From NCBI RefSeq assembly GCF_900540475.1, contig NZ_UQGG01000003.1: 64,000 bases of DNA; one strand, written 5' to 3'. Shown piece by piece: positions 1 through 10,500 of this stretch (its first letter is position 1; each line of letters opens with the position of its first letter). The notes below the pieces were generated by a model that did no database searches, was not told where the DNA came from, and worked only from the letters and a program-made list of their open reading frames with translations. This DNA comes from an uncultured Robinsoniella sp. Its GTDB lineage: Bacteria > Bacillota > Clostridia > Lachnospirales > Lachnospiraceae. Both the position numbers and the translations under genes were made by a program.

Positions 1-526
1 AAAAGCCTGCCGGATTATATCAAGATGTATGACTTTTGGTATTATTGCACCGTTTGCGGCACTGCCCACGATTCAGATGCTGAAATATATGGGTTTGTAC
101 GGATCCAGAATATCCATGGTCTTTGTCTATGGGGCGCTGTATCTTCCGTTTTCGACCATGTTGTATTCCAGCTTTATTAAAGGAATACCCAGAGAATTAG
201 ATGAAGCAGCTGTAATTGACGGATCAAAGGGCGGAAAGCTTTTCTGGCAGATTGTCTTTCCACTGTTAAAACCGGTGACTGCAACCACCGGAATCCTGAA
301 TTTCATGTGGGTATGGAATGATTTCCAGTACCCTATGTATCTGCTGAATTCGTCCAGTAAGTGGACGCTGCCGCTGTCTGTATATAATTTTTACGGCCAG
401 TACAGCCGCAGCTGGAACCTGGTGTGTGCGGATATGGTATTGGTATCCATACCGGTTGTAATTGTGTACATATTTGCTCAGAAATATATTATTGCAGGTA
501 TGACGGCAGGAGCCGTTAAGGGCTGA
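1..526 (+). CDS. Carbohydrate ABC transporter permease (MalG-like), 5'-truncated by window edge
   Basis: EAA loop (IPRELDEAAVIDG), WVWNDF motif and C-terminal QKYIIAGMTAGAVKG. The frame is open back to position 2. Confidence 0.92.
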   Translation, partial: KACRIISRCMTFGIIAPFAALPTIQMLKYMGLYGSRISMVFVYGALYLPFSTMLYSSFIKGIPRELDEAAVIDGSKGGKLFWQIVFPLLKPVTATTGILNFMWVWNDFQYPMYLLNSSSKWTLPLSVYNFYGQYSRSWNLVCADMVLVSIPVVIVYIFAQKYIIAGMTAGAVKG

Positions 527-557
527 TACCAAAAAACAGAAAGTAAGAGGATCATTG

Positions 558-1892
558 ATGATGAAGAAAATATATGATGGAACGTGGGACTCCATAAGAA
601 CCCATGAGCTGCCGGAGTGGTACCAGGATTGCAAGCTGGGGATTTTTATACACTGGGGAATTTATTCCGTGCCTGCTTTCGCCCCAAGGACATGGGAACT
701 GGGAGAAGTACCGGGAGATGAGCAGTGGTTCTGCAATAATCCCTATGCGGAGTGGTACTACAATTCCGTGAATGTAGGACAGGGACCAACCTATGAGCAT
801 CATTTGAAGACATATGGAAAGGATTTTGCCTATGAAGATTTTCTTCCCATGTGGAAGGCTGAAAACTGGAAACCATCCAATTGGGCAGAGCTGTTTCGGG
901 AAGCGGGAGCAAAATATGTTGTCCTGGTCACCAAACACCATGATGGATTCTGTCTTTTCCCAAGTGCATATACCGATTACTCCTCCATTCATAAAGGCCC
1001 GGAAAGAGACATCGTGGGAGAACTGACCAGAGCGGTCCGGGAAGAAGGGCTGAAAATGGGACTTTATTATTCCGGAATTATCGACTGGAGATTTGCCCAT
1101 GATCCTATTTACCGGGAAGAAGATAATTTTCATAAAGCCTGTCCTACACATGAATATGCAGACTATGCTTACAAACAGGCAATGGAACTAATAGACCGCT
1201 ATCATCCTTCCGTATTCTGGAATGACATCGGGTGGCCGAAACAGGGGGAAGAGATGCTGCCCCATTTATTATCCCATTATTACAATACGGTGGAAGACGG
1301 CGTGGTGAATGACCGGTTTAACGGACTCTATAAAGATTATGGAACAAAAGAATACAAATACGGAGAAGCGGTAAGAGAAGAGAAGTGGGAAATGTGCAGA
1401 GGCATGGGACTGTCATTTGGATATAACGCAAATGAAGGAGATGACCAGCTGATCAGTACGGCGGATTTAATCAGTCTGCTGGTAAGTACCGTAGCCAATA
1501 ACGGGAATCTGCTGATTAATATCGGTCCAAAGGCTGACGGTACCATTCCTGCGGAACAGGAAAAGAGGCTGCGTAAGCTGGGGCAGTGGCTGAAAATAAA
1601 TGGCGAAGCGATCTATGGAACCGTCTGCAGCAGAAGGCACTCCCAGGTTGCTGAAAATGGTACGGAGATTCATTATACGAAAAAAGATAAGGATCTGTAT
1701 ATATTGCTGGATCATTGTCCAAAGGAGCGTTTTACAGTTTCTATTCCTCATCTGAACCAGGTACCAAAACCCTTAAACAGCAGTATTTGCGTCAGTGGAA
1801 ACAAAGTTGGGGACTGTATGGAACTCACCGTCTGGAACCATGGGGAAGAAGATTATACAGTAGGCTTATTTGCTCCCCGGGAGGAAATATAG
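558..1892 (+). CDS. Alpha-L-fucosidase, GH29, no signal peptide
   Basis: KLGIFIHWGIYSVP, TKHHDGF, FWNDIGWP (nucleophile Asp region), VVNDRF and GNLLINIGPKADGTIP motifs. RBS GAGG precedes ATG. Confidence 0.93.
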   Translation: MMKKIYDGTWDSIRTHELPEWYQDCKLGIFIHWGIYSVPAFAPRTWELGEVPGDEQWFCNNPYAEWYYNSVNVGQGPTYEHHLKTYGKDFAYEDFLPMWKAENWKPSNWAELFREAGAKYVVLVTKHHDGFCLFPSAYTDYSSIHKGPERDIVGELTRAVREEGLKMGLYYSGIIDWRFAHDPIYREEDNFHKACPTHEYADYAYKQAMELIDRYHPSVFWNDIGWPKQGEEMLPHLLSHYYNTVEDGVVNDRFNGLYKDYGTKEYKYGEAVREEKWEMCRGMGLSFGYNANEGDDQLISTADLISLLVSTVANNGNLLINIGPKADGTIPAEQEKRLRKLGQWLKINGEAIYGTVCSRRHSQVAENGTEIHYTKKDKDLYILLDHCPKERFTVSIPHLNQVPKPLNSSICVSGNKVGDCMELTVWNHGEEDYTVGLFAPREEI

Positions 1893-1942
1893 ATTCTGGT
1901 AAATTTAGATAAGTTTTTTCCACCCGTCTTAGAATATTGGAA

Positions 1943-1971
1943 TTGCCCTGAATATTCTTTGATCTTATAAT
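1943..1971 (+). promoter_or_regulatory. Putative sigma-A promoter of the large glycoside hydrolase gene
   Basis: TTGCCC-17 bp-TATAAT. An inverted repeat AGAATATT...AATATTCT (1931-1958) overlaps it. Confidence 0.5.
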
Positions 1972-2005
1972 TAAGATTATAAAATCGAAAGAAGGGGATA
2001 AGGCT

Positions 2006-5000
2006 ATGAAGTGGAAAAAAGTGTTGTCTGTATTGCTGTCCGCTGCCATGATGATGGGAACGGTATCACCGGGTCTGGATGTACGGGCTGCAGAGGATGC
2101 AGTTAGCAATGTAACAGATATCAATAGCAAAATATCAGAAAGTGCTACAGAAAGTGAAACCGGAAGTTCACAGGAGGAAAACGATAACGGGAACCCGGGC
2201 GGCGATGTTGAAGCCGGTGTAAAACAGCAGGATACCGATGCACAGGAAGCAGGCGGCAATGAAGAAACAGCAGAGAGAAATACAGAAAAAGAAAAGGGCA
2301 AGATCGTATACTATGATTTTCAGAGCTATGACTCTACAATCATCAACGATGCTTCCGGAAACGGAAAAGCCGGTGTAGTAAGGAATTACGATGCCGGGGG
2401 ATTTCGTATTATTGACACTAATATCTATGGAAAAGATGTAAAGGCACTTTCACTTCCCGGCGGGTCTGACGGGGGATACCTGGAACTTCCGGTAGGATTG
2501 CTGGACGGGGAAGAGAGCGTCACCATCAGTACCTGGGTAAAACTCTTAACAGATACCGGCTATCAGAGAATCTGGGATCTGGGGTCCGGCACAAGCTCTT
2601 ATATGTATCTGGTGTCCGATGGTGCAAACGATGGATTTAAAGGATACAGTGCAGCCATAACCACAGGCGGCTGGAGCACAGAACAGGGAGTATCCAAGGG
2701 CACAAATATTGATAAAAACAGATGGGTACTGACTACGGTAGTCATAGATGGAACCCAGATGTCGCTATATGAAAATGGAACGCTGGTGGATACGAAGGAT
2801 ACCGGTATTTCATTAAAAGACATGGGGCATAGTACCCAGAATTATATCGGTTACGGACAGTTCGGAGATGATCCCACCAATGCACAGTTTGCAGAATTTG
2901 AGATTTATAACTATGCGATGACGGCAGAAGAGGCAGCCGCTATGTATGATGTAGACGATGACGGTATCGTAAAAGGGGATGCCGCTGCACTTACGCTGGG
3001 AGATTTAAGCGCAGTTACCGCAGATCTTTCCCTGCCGGCAGCAGGAGAAAATGGATCCGTAATTGAATGGACAAGTTCCGATCCGGCGGTAATTGCAAAT
3101 GACGGAAAAGTAGTACGCCCGGCAGCAGGAGAGCCGGATGCACAGATAACCCTCACCGCAGCCATAAAGTATCAGGAGGCCAGTACAACAAAAGAATTTC
3201 AGGCAGTGGTACCTGCCCTGCTTGGTGATGAAGCTATTGTAGAACAGGATCTGGCTGACATTAAACTGGTGGATTTAGACAGTGTGGTATCCAATCTGCA
3301 GCTGCCGAAAGAAGGGAAAAACGGTTCTGTCATTACCTGGGAAAGCTCCAGACCGGAAGTGATTTCCAATGACGGAAAAGTAACCCGTCCGGCGGCAGGA
3401 GAACCGGATACAGAAGTAGTTTTGACGGCTTCAGCCAGCTTTCAGACAGCTGCCGGCAGCAGAGTGTTTACGGCAACGGTTCTGGCAGAAGATGAAGATG
3501 TTACGATTACGGATTATGAACCGGTCCTTGTCACAACGGCAGTAGGGAATGTACCCTCACTTCCCGGCACCATAAAGGTAACTTACAGTAACGGCAAGAC
3601 TGCAAAAGCCAAAACCGTATGGAATACACCGGATAAAGAGGATTATGCAAAGCCTGGTAAATTTGAGGTAAAGGGTAAAATACTTGGAACAAAACAGGTA
3701 ATCAAAGCAGAAGTTACCGTAGTAGAACAGGATGATTCAGACATTGCACTTCAGGCAGAAGCATTTGATCTGAATGACATCACCCTGGATGGAAATTCTA
3801 TTCTGACCCAGAACAGGAGCAGAACTTTGGAGTACCTGAAGCTTCTGGATAATGACCGAATGCTCTACAACTTCCGCAAAACTTTTGGCGCGGATACAAA
3901 AGGAGCAACTCCCCTGGGAGGATGGGATGAGCCTACCGGTCTGCTGAGAGGACATTCTACCGGTCACTATCTGTCTGCTTTATCACTGGCATATGCATCC
4001 ACAAAGGATACTCAGATAAAAGATAAGCTGGATGAAATGATTCATGAGCTGCGCAGCCTGCAAACACTGTCCAAAGGAGATCCGGCTGCATTTGTGACAA
4101 AGGGAACGGATCAGAAAGTATGGAATACAAATCCAGAGGAATGGGGCGAGGGATTTATCAGTGCTTATTCACCTGACCAGTTTGCCCTGCTGGAGCAGTA
4201 TACGCCATACGCTACCATATGGGCACCTTACTATACGCTGCATAAGATTATCGCAGGATTTCTGGATGCTTATACATATGCAGGAAACGAGGAAGCTTTA
4301 GATGCGGCGAAAGCACTTGGAAAATGGGTGTATCAGCGCCTGAGTGCCTGCTCCCAGGAACAGCTTACAAAGATGTGGGATATGTACATCGCAGGTGAGC
4401 TTGGCGGATTTAATGAATCTATGGCAAAATTATATGAACTGACCGGCGACGAAGACTATTTAAAGGGCGCTAAACTGTTTGACAACACCAAGTTCTTTGA
4501 CAATTTAAGCAAAAATGTAGACGATATCCAGGGACGCCATGCCAACCAGCATATACCCCAGATCATTGGTGCAATGGAAGTTTATCAGGCGACCGTTCAG
4601 GCGGGAAAAGAAGAACCGTATTATTTCAATGTGGCAAGCAACTTCTGGGATATGGTTACTTCCAGATATGCCTATTCCATCGGCGGTGTCGGCACCGGAG
4701 AAAACTTCAAAGAACCTTATAAACAGGCAGAGTATATTAACGGAGACCGGAACTGTGAGACCTGTGCCGCTTATAATATGCTGAAACTGACAAAAATGCT
4801 TTACCAGTATGATGCAGATAATGCCAAATACATGGATTATTATGAAAGAACGCTGTATAACCAGATTATCGCATCCCAGAACCCAGATGTAACGGATAAC
4901 ATGCATAATGGAACTACCTATATGCTTCCAATCGGACCGGGTGTGCGCAAGGATTACGGCGGGGATTATGACTCCTTTACCTGCTGTCATGGTACCGGCA

Positions 5001-7411
5001 TGGAAAACCATGTTAAATACCAGGAAGCTGCCTATTACCAGGATGATACCACGATGTATGTAAATCTGTATCTTCCATCCAGCGTAACCTGGGAAGAAAA
5101 AGGGGTTAAAGTAACCCAGGATACCCAGTTCCCTTCAGAGGTTACCACCCTGACTGTTTCTGAGGAAGAGGGTCAGACAGCATCTGCATTTGATATGAAA
5201 CTGAGAGTACCTTACTGGGCAGAACAGGGATTTGAAGTTACCGTAAATGGAAAGAAGCAGATCGAACAGGCTGAACCAAGCTCCTACGTAACGCTAAATG
5301 GTATTAAGGCAGGAGATGTAATCGAAATCCGCACTCCATATGGTTATCATCTGGACAAAACTCCGGATCAGTTAAGTGGTGCAGATGTAGCAAGCCTCAT
5401 GTACGGACCATTTGTTATGGTTGCAAAATCAGATTCCACGAAGTGGAAGACACTTGTATTGTCCAATGTACTGGAGCGTTCCATTAAAAAAGTAGAAGGG
5501 GAAAAGGTTCCTACCCTTGAAACGAACGGACTGACCTTCCATCCCATGTATGATGCATCCAATTACGCTTACCATACGTATTTTAAAATCATGTCGGGTG
5601 AAGGCAGCGGCGCTTATTATGAAGTGACGGTCAACAATTCCACACCTGACAGGGGAAGCTTTGAAGTGAGTTCCGAGCTGGTAAAAGAAGGCGGCGACCT
5701 GATTATTACGGCAACGCCAAAAGAAGGGTATAAAGTAAAGAAACTGACAGTTGACGGTCAGCTGGTAACAATGGGAACAGACAATACCTATACCGTAAAA
5801 AATGTACAGAAGAATACGGAAATCACAGGATCCTTTGCCCTGATCAATCCTCCGGCTCAGGATAACAGCGCCGTAGAACAGACGGCAACCGTCAGTGCTC
5901 ATTTTACTGCAGGATGGGAAAACCTAAACGGCATCAAAGACCAGAAATTTAATCCTTCCGTATCCAACGGGGGATTGGGAAAAGGCTGGGGAAACTGGCC
6001 GCAGTCCAAAGGATCACAGTGCTGGGTAGAGTACGAGTGGGATGCTCCGGTAACCATAAACGGAAGCGATATCTTCTGGTATGATGACGGCGGCGATACC
6101 AGAATGCCGGGAGAAATCAAGTTCCAGTACGAAGATGAAAACGGCAGTGTTCAGGAGGCAGTCCTGACTTCCAATCCGGAAGATGGAAAGAATATTGACC
6201 AGTATAATGCCTTTACCTTTACAACCTTTACCACGACCAGATTACGCCTTTTGATGACCGTAGCCGACAATGCTGCTGCCATCGGTATCTATCGCTGGGT
6301 GGTTACCTATGAAGATCAGGATAAACCGGCAGTAGATACTGCTAAATTGTCAGAAGCAATTGCAATAGCGGAAGCAATGGATACCAAAGCGTATACAGAC
6401 GTATCCGCAGCAGAATTAAAACGGGTGATTGAAGAAGTGAAAGGGCTTTTATCAAAAGAAGATATCACCGAAGCACAAGTGGAAGAAGGCTGTAAGAAGC
6501 TTGCAGATGCAGTGAAGGGACTGGTATTAAAACCTGTCGTGAATACCTCCGCGCTGTCAGCAGCCCTTGCAAAGGCGGAAAAAATAGATACTAAAGCATA
6601 TACAGATGCATCCGTAACAGAATTAAAAAAAGTGATCAGCGAGGTAAAAGGGCTGTTATCAAAGACCGATATTACCCAGGCACAAGTAGATGAAGGCTGT
6701 AAGAAGCTGGAAAATGCAATAAACAAACTGGTGCTCAAACCGGTTGTGAAACCGGTAGATAAGAGCAGGCTTTCTTCATTGGCTCAGACCTGCGGCAAAG
6801 AAAAACAGGATCTTTACACAAAAGCCAGCTGGGATACGTTTACCAGAGCATTAAACAGTGCCAGAGCAATTCTGGGAAAAACAAATGCTTCACAGCAGGA
6901 AGTAGATCATGCGTACAGCACACTTACTTCATCCAGAGATAAACTTGTGAAGATAAAAATTGTATCCACAAAGAAAATAACCATCGGGAAGAAAGAAAAG
7001 ATGAAATTATCTGCTTCCGGATATACCTTCAGCCTGAAAAAAGGCAAGGGCATCGTAACGGTGAATGCAAAAGGACAGGTACAGGGTAAAAAGACGGGAA
7101 AAGCCGTAGTACAGGCTGTCAGCAAAAGCGGCAAAATGAAAGTATGGAACATCACCGTTAAGAAGGCGCCTTCCAAGATCGTGAAACTGAATAAAAACAG
7201 CGTAACTTTAAAGAAGGGGAAAAAGTTTACGGTCACAGCAAAACTTCCAAAGAATACAGCCAGCTATGGGTTTACTTACAAGAGTACCAATAAAAAGATA
7301 GCAACCGTTAATTCTTCGGGAGTAATCAAAGCCAAAAGAAAAGGCACTTGTAAGATCCGGGTGTATACCTTTAATGGAAAGAAAAAAGAAATCCAGGTGA
7401 CAGTAAAATAA
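2006..7411 (+). CDS. Secreted multidomain beta-L-arabinofuranosidase-like enzyme (GH127/GH146, DUF1680 type) with LamG, Ig-like, discoidin/CBM-like, FIVAR-like and C-terminal Big_2-like domains
   Basis: Signal peptide and LamG motif (TISTWV..YQRIWD). Catalytic-domain motifs LRGHSTGHYLSA, WAPYYTLHK, HANQHIP, NCETC (4751-4765), FTCCHGTG (CC at 4982-4987), LRVPYW and LMYGP. Duplicated Ig and FIVAR-like repeats and a Lys-rich C-terminus. Confidence 0.88.
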   Translation: MKWKKVLSVLLSAAMMMGTVSPGLDVRAAEDAVSNVTDINSKISESATESETGSSQEENDNGNPGGDVEAGVKQQDTDAQEAGGNEETAERNTEKEKGKIVYYDFQSYDSTIINDASGNGKAGVVRNYDAGGFRIIDTNIYGKDVKALSLPGGSDGGYLELPVGLLDGEESVTISTWVKLLTDTGYQRIWDLGSGTSSYMYLVSDGANDGFKGYSAAITTGGWSTEQGVSKGTNIDKNRWVLTTVVIDGTQMSLYENGTLVDTKDTGISLKDMGHSTQNYIGYGQFGDDPTNAQFAEFEIYNYAMTAEEAAAMYDVDDDGIVKGDAAALTLGDLSAVTADLSLPAAGENGSVIEWTSSDPAVIANDGKVVRPAAGEPDAQITLTAAIKYQEASTTKEFQAVVPALLGDEAIVEQDLADIKLVDLDSVVSNLQLPKEGKNGSVITWESSRPEVISNDGKVTRPAAGEPDTEVVLTASASFQTAAGSRVFTATVLAEDEDVTITDYEPVLVTTAVGNVPSLPGTIKVTYSNGKTAKAKTVWNTPDKEDYAKPGKFEVKGKILGTKQVIKAEVTVVEQDDSDIALQAEAFDLNDITLDGNSILTQNRSRTLEYLKLLDNDRMLYNFRKTFGADTKGATPLGGWDEPTGLLRGHSTGHYLSALSLAYASTKDTQIKDKLDEMIHELRSLQTLSKGDPAAFVTKGTDQKVWNTNPEEWGEGFISAYSPDQFALLEQYTPYATIWAPYYTLHKIIAGFLDAYTYAGNEEALDAAKALGKWVYQRLSACSQEQLTKMWDMYIAGELGGFNESMAKLYELTGDEDYLKGAKLFDNTKFFDNLSKNVDDIQGRHANQHIPQIIGAMEVYQATVQAGKEEPYYFNVASNFWDMVTSRYAYSIGGVGTGENFKEPYKQAEYINGDRNCETCAAYNMLKLTKMLYQYDADNAKYMDYYERTLYNQIIASQNPDVTDNMHNGTTYMLPIGPGVRKDYGGDYDSFTCCHGTGMENHVKYQEAAYYQDDTTMYVNLYLPSSVTWEEKGVKVTQDTQFPSEVTTLTVSEEEGQTASAFDMKLRVPYWAEQGFEVTVNGKKQIEQAEPSSYVTLNGIKAGDVIEIRTPYGYHLDKTPDQLSGADVASLMYGPFVMVAKSDSTKWKTLVLSNVLERSIKKVEGEKVPTLETNGLTFHPMYDASNYAYHTYFKIMSGEGSGAYYEVTVNNSTPDRGSFEVSSELVKEGGDLIITATPKEGYKVKKLTVDGQLVTMGTDNTYTVKNVQKNTEITGSFALINPPAQDNSAVEQTATVSAHFTAGWENLNGIKDQKFNPSVSNGGLGKGWGNWPQSKGSQCWVEYEWDAPVTINGSDIFWYDDGGDTRMPGEIKFQYEDENGSVQEAVLTSNPEDGKNIDQYNAFTFTTFTTTRLRLLMTVADNAAAIGIYRWVVTYEDQDKPAVDTAKLSEAIAIAEAMDTKAYTDVSAAELKRVIEEVKGLLSKEDITEAQVEEGCKKLADAVKGLVLKPVVNTSALSAALAKAEKIDTKAYTDASVTELKKVISEVKGLLSKTDITQAQVDEGCKKLENAINKLVLKPVVKPVDKSRLSSLAQTCGKEKQDLYTKASWDTFTRALNSARAILGKTNASQQEVDHAYSTLTSSRDKLVKIKIVSTKKITIGKKEKMKLSASGYTFSLKKGKGIVTVNAKGQVQGKKTGKAVVQAVSKSGKMKVWNITVKKAPSKIVKLNKNSVTLKKGKKFTVTAKLPKNTASYGFTYKSTNKKIATVNSSGVIKAKRKGTCKIRVYTFNGKKKEIQVTVK

Positions 7412-7442
7412 CCGGATGCAACGGACGGAATAGTTTTCAATC

Positions 7443-7489
7443 ATAATACAGGTCAGGAAGAGAAAATATCTCATCCTGGCCTGTATTAT
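7443..7489 (+). terminator. Stem-loop separating the active GH gene from the downstream operon
   Basis: ATAATACAGGTCAGGA...TCCTGGCCTGTATTAT inverted repeat. The U-tail is weak. Confidence 0.55.
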
Positions 7490-7530
7490 CCGTGCATTAA
7501 ATTTGATTTTGTAGTACAATCAGAAGAAAA

Positions 7531-10500
7531 ATGGTAATAGTTGGGGGAATTCATATTAAAAAGAAAAGATTTTTAGCGGGCTGTGTAATTTTGCTCTTCC
7601 TGGCTGTTTTGTGGGATTCCACTGCGGTACAGGCGAAAGACAGGGAGATGAAAGGCCAGATTCTGTATTACAATTTTAAGGATCCAAAATCCGCAGTAGT
7701 GGAGGACGTATCCGGTCGGGGAAATGACGGACTGATCAGAAATTACCGGGATGACGGCGTTGGGATCAGCACCGAAGTGATCAATTCCGTACAGGTCAAT
7801 GCCCTGGATCTGCCGGGAGGAACTACGGGTGCCTATCTGGAACTGCCTTCGGATATTCTGGAAGGTGAAACCGAAATAACCGTCAGTACCTGGGTAAATC
7901 TGCGGTCTTCTGCATACTATCAGAGGATCTGGGATTTTGGAAATAATCAAAGCTCATATCTATATTTACTATCGAATGGAAATAACAGTGGCTTTAAAGG
8001 ATATGCCACAGCCATTACAAACCAGGGCTGGACCAGGGAATGCGGTGTAGAAAAAGGCAGCGATTTCCCGCGTAATACCTGGGTGTTTACTACGGTGACA
8101 ATAAAGGAGAACCGGATTACCCTCTATGAAGACGGAGCGGTAATCGGAGAAGCCGTAAGCCAGGCAGGTCTGTCGGATCTGGGAGGTACCAGGCATAATT
8201 ATTTTGGGAAGGGTCAATTTACGGATGAGCATTTGAATGGATTGCTTGCGGAGATTGCCATCTATAACTATGCCATGGATGAGAATCAGGTGAAAGCACT
8301 GTTTGAAAGGGGATTGGAGGATCAGGCGGTCCTTCCGGAGAATTGTGAGGATGCTGACCGTCTGTTATACAGTTACCGTCAAAACTATGAAGTAGATACC
8401 AAAGGAGCCGCACCGCTCACCGGCTGGGAAAATCCGGCTGGTCTGTTAAGAGGCATGGCGGCGGGTGAATGGCTGTCCAATCTGTCACACCACTATCAGG
8501 AAAGCCGGGAAGACGCCCTTTTGGAAAAAGCGTCCTATATGGTCCGGGAACTCAGAAGCCTGCAGCTTTTGTCAGAAGGAATGGGATGGGGAAGGGGATA
8601 TCTGGGGGCAGACAGTCCGGAGCAGTTCACATTGTTAGAGAACGGCGGTTCATACCCGGATACGGGAGCGCCCTTTGCAGTCTGCGGCAGCCTGCTAAAC
8701 GGTCTTTTGGATACCTATGAAGCATTTGGCAGCCAGGAGGCACTTGGTACGGCAGAATCCCTGGGTAAATGGATCACAGAGCGCAGCAGCAATTACACAC
8801 AAGAACAGAAAAAAGCAATGTGGAGCCAGGATGTAAGCGGTGATACCCGGGCATTGGGCGGTGGGTTGGCGAGGCTTGCACGGATCAAAAAAGAAGATGA
8901 TTTTCTAAAAAGTGCCTGGAATTTCGTACATATGGAATGGTATACAGCTATGAAAGAGGGCAGAGACCGGATGAACCTGCTGTCTGTCCAGGCAGCGGTT
9001 TCACAGGCGGAAACGCTCCTGGAAATTTCACGTACAGATCCTGCAGCGGCTGATGCGGCGAAAGGGGCGGAAAATTTCTGGAATATGGCAGTCACAAAGT
9101 ATTCTTCTGCTGCCGGAATGACTGGTGTTGACGGCAGATTCCGCAATGAGGAGCAGAAAATAGAAAACACAGTCCTGGAGAGAGAGAGGAATAAACGGAT
9201 TTGCCGCCGCATGCTGGAATTGACCTGGAAACTCCACCGGATTCAGCCCGACAATCCGGACTACATGGAATACTACGAAAATCTTCTGTGCAACCAGCTC
9301 CTTGAAGATGAGGAATACAAAAACCTGGATCTAATGCGGACCTTTGAAGTAAAGGATCATACCGTTACGGTGAACCTGTATCGGACAGGAGAGAAAAAAC
9401 TCTCCCAGCAGGGATTGAACATGAGCATGAAAGCAGACATCTATAGTGAAGAAGCAGTCCTGAAGGTTGAGAGCCTGGATGGGAAAAAGGATACGGCCCT
9501 TCAGATCAGATTCAGAGTTCCTTCCTGGTGCGGTGAAAACATGCAGATACTAGTAAATGGTAAGGAAAGAAAGGCGGCAAAAGAGCAGGGTTTTCTGGTA
9601 ATTACTGATATATCCGCAGGCGATGAAATACGCCTGCATTTACCTTTTTCCTGTTATCTGAAGCCGGGGAATAGTGAGGGAGCGGCAGCGGTGATGTACG
9701 GACCATTTGTTATGGTGAGCGAAACTGATATTTTTAAGGATACGCTGATCCTCACAAAAAAAGTTACCGATATGGCAGAGCGGTCTGCCAGCTGCATGCC
9801 CGCCCTTACCATAAACGAAATTCAGTTTATACCCTATGCGGCATCTGCTTATTCAGACCGGAAAATCTATTATCAGATCCTCTACACGGAGAACCCTGTT
9901 GTCAAATGGTATGAAGTCAGGATGGAAGAAGAGTCTGTCAACGGAGGAAGCATCCGGGCGGACAAAGAGCTGGTATTTGAAAATGAGCAGGTAACCATAT
10001 ACACAAATCCCAGAGAAGGATATGTACTTGAAAATCTCATGGTAAATGCAAAAGAAGTAAAAGCTGGCGAAGACGGAAGTTATCAGATCGATAAAGTGAC
10101 GGAGGATCTGACGGTTTCCGCCTCCTTTACAGAAAAAAATCCCCTGACGGTAAAAAGCGGCAGCCTGGAACAGAATGCACAGCTGAGCGCTCATTATACC
10201 GCTTCCTGGGAGAACCTAAACGGGGTTAAGGATTCCGGCTTCCATCCCGCATCTTCTAATGAAGGAATGGGAAAGGGCTGGGGGAACTGGCAGCAGCAAG
10301 CCGGTTCTTCCTGCTGGATTACTTATAATTGGATAGAACCCGTTACCATAGGAGCCTGCGAAATATACTGGTATGATGATGCGGATGATACCGGGGCGCC
10401 TTCTGATTTCCAGGTGGAATATCTGGATGGAAAAGGAGAATGGTGCAGGGCTGTCATGAAGACGGATGCAGGAAAGCTGCTGAAAAAAGACCAGTACAAT

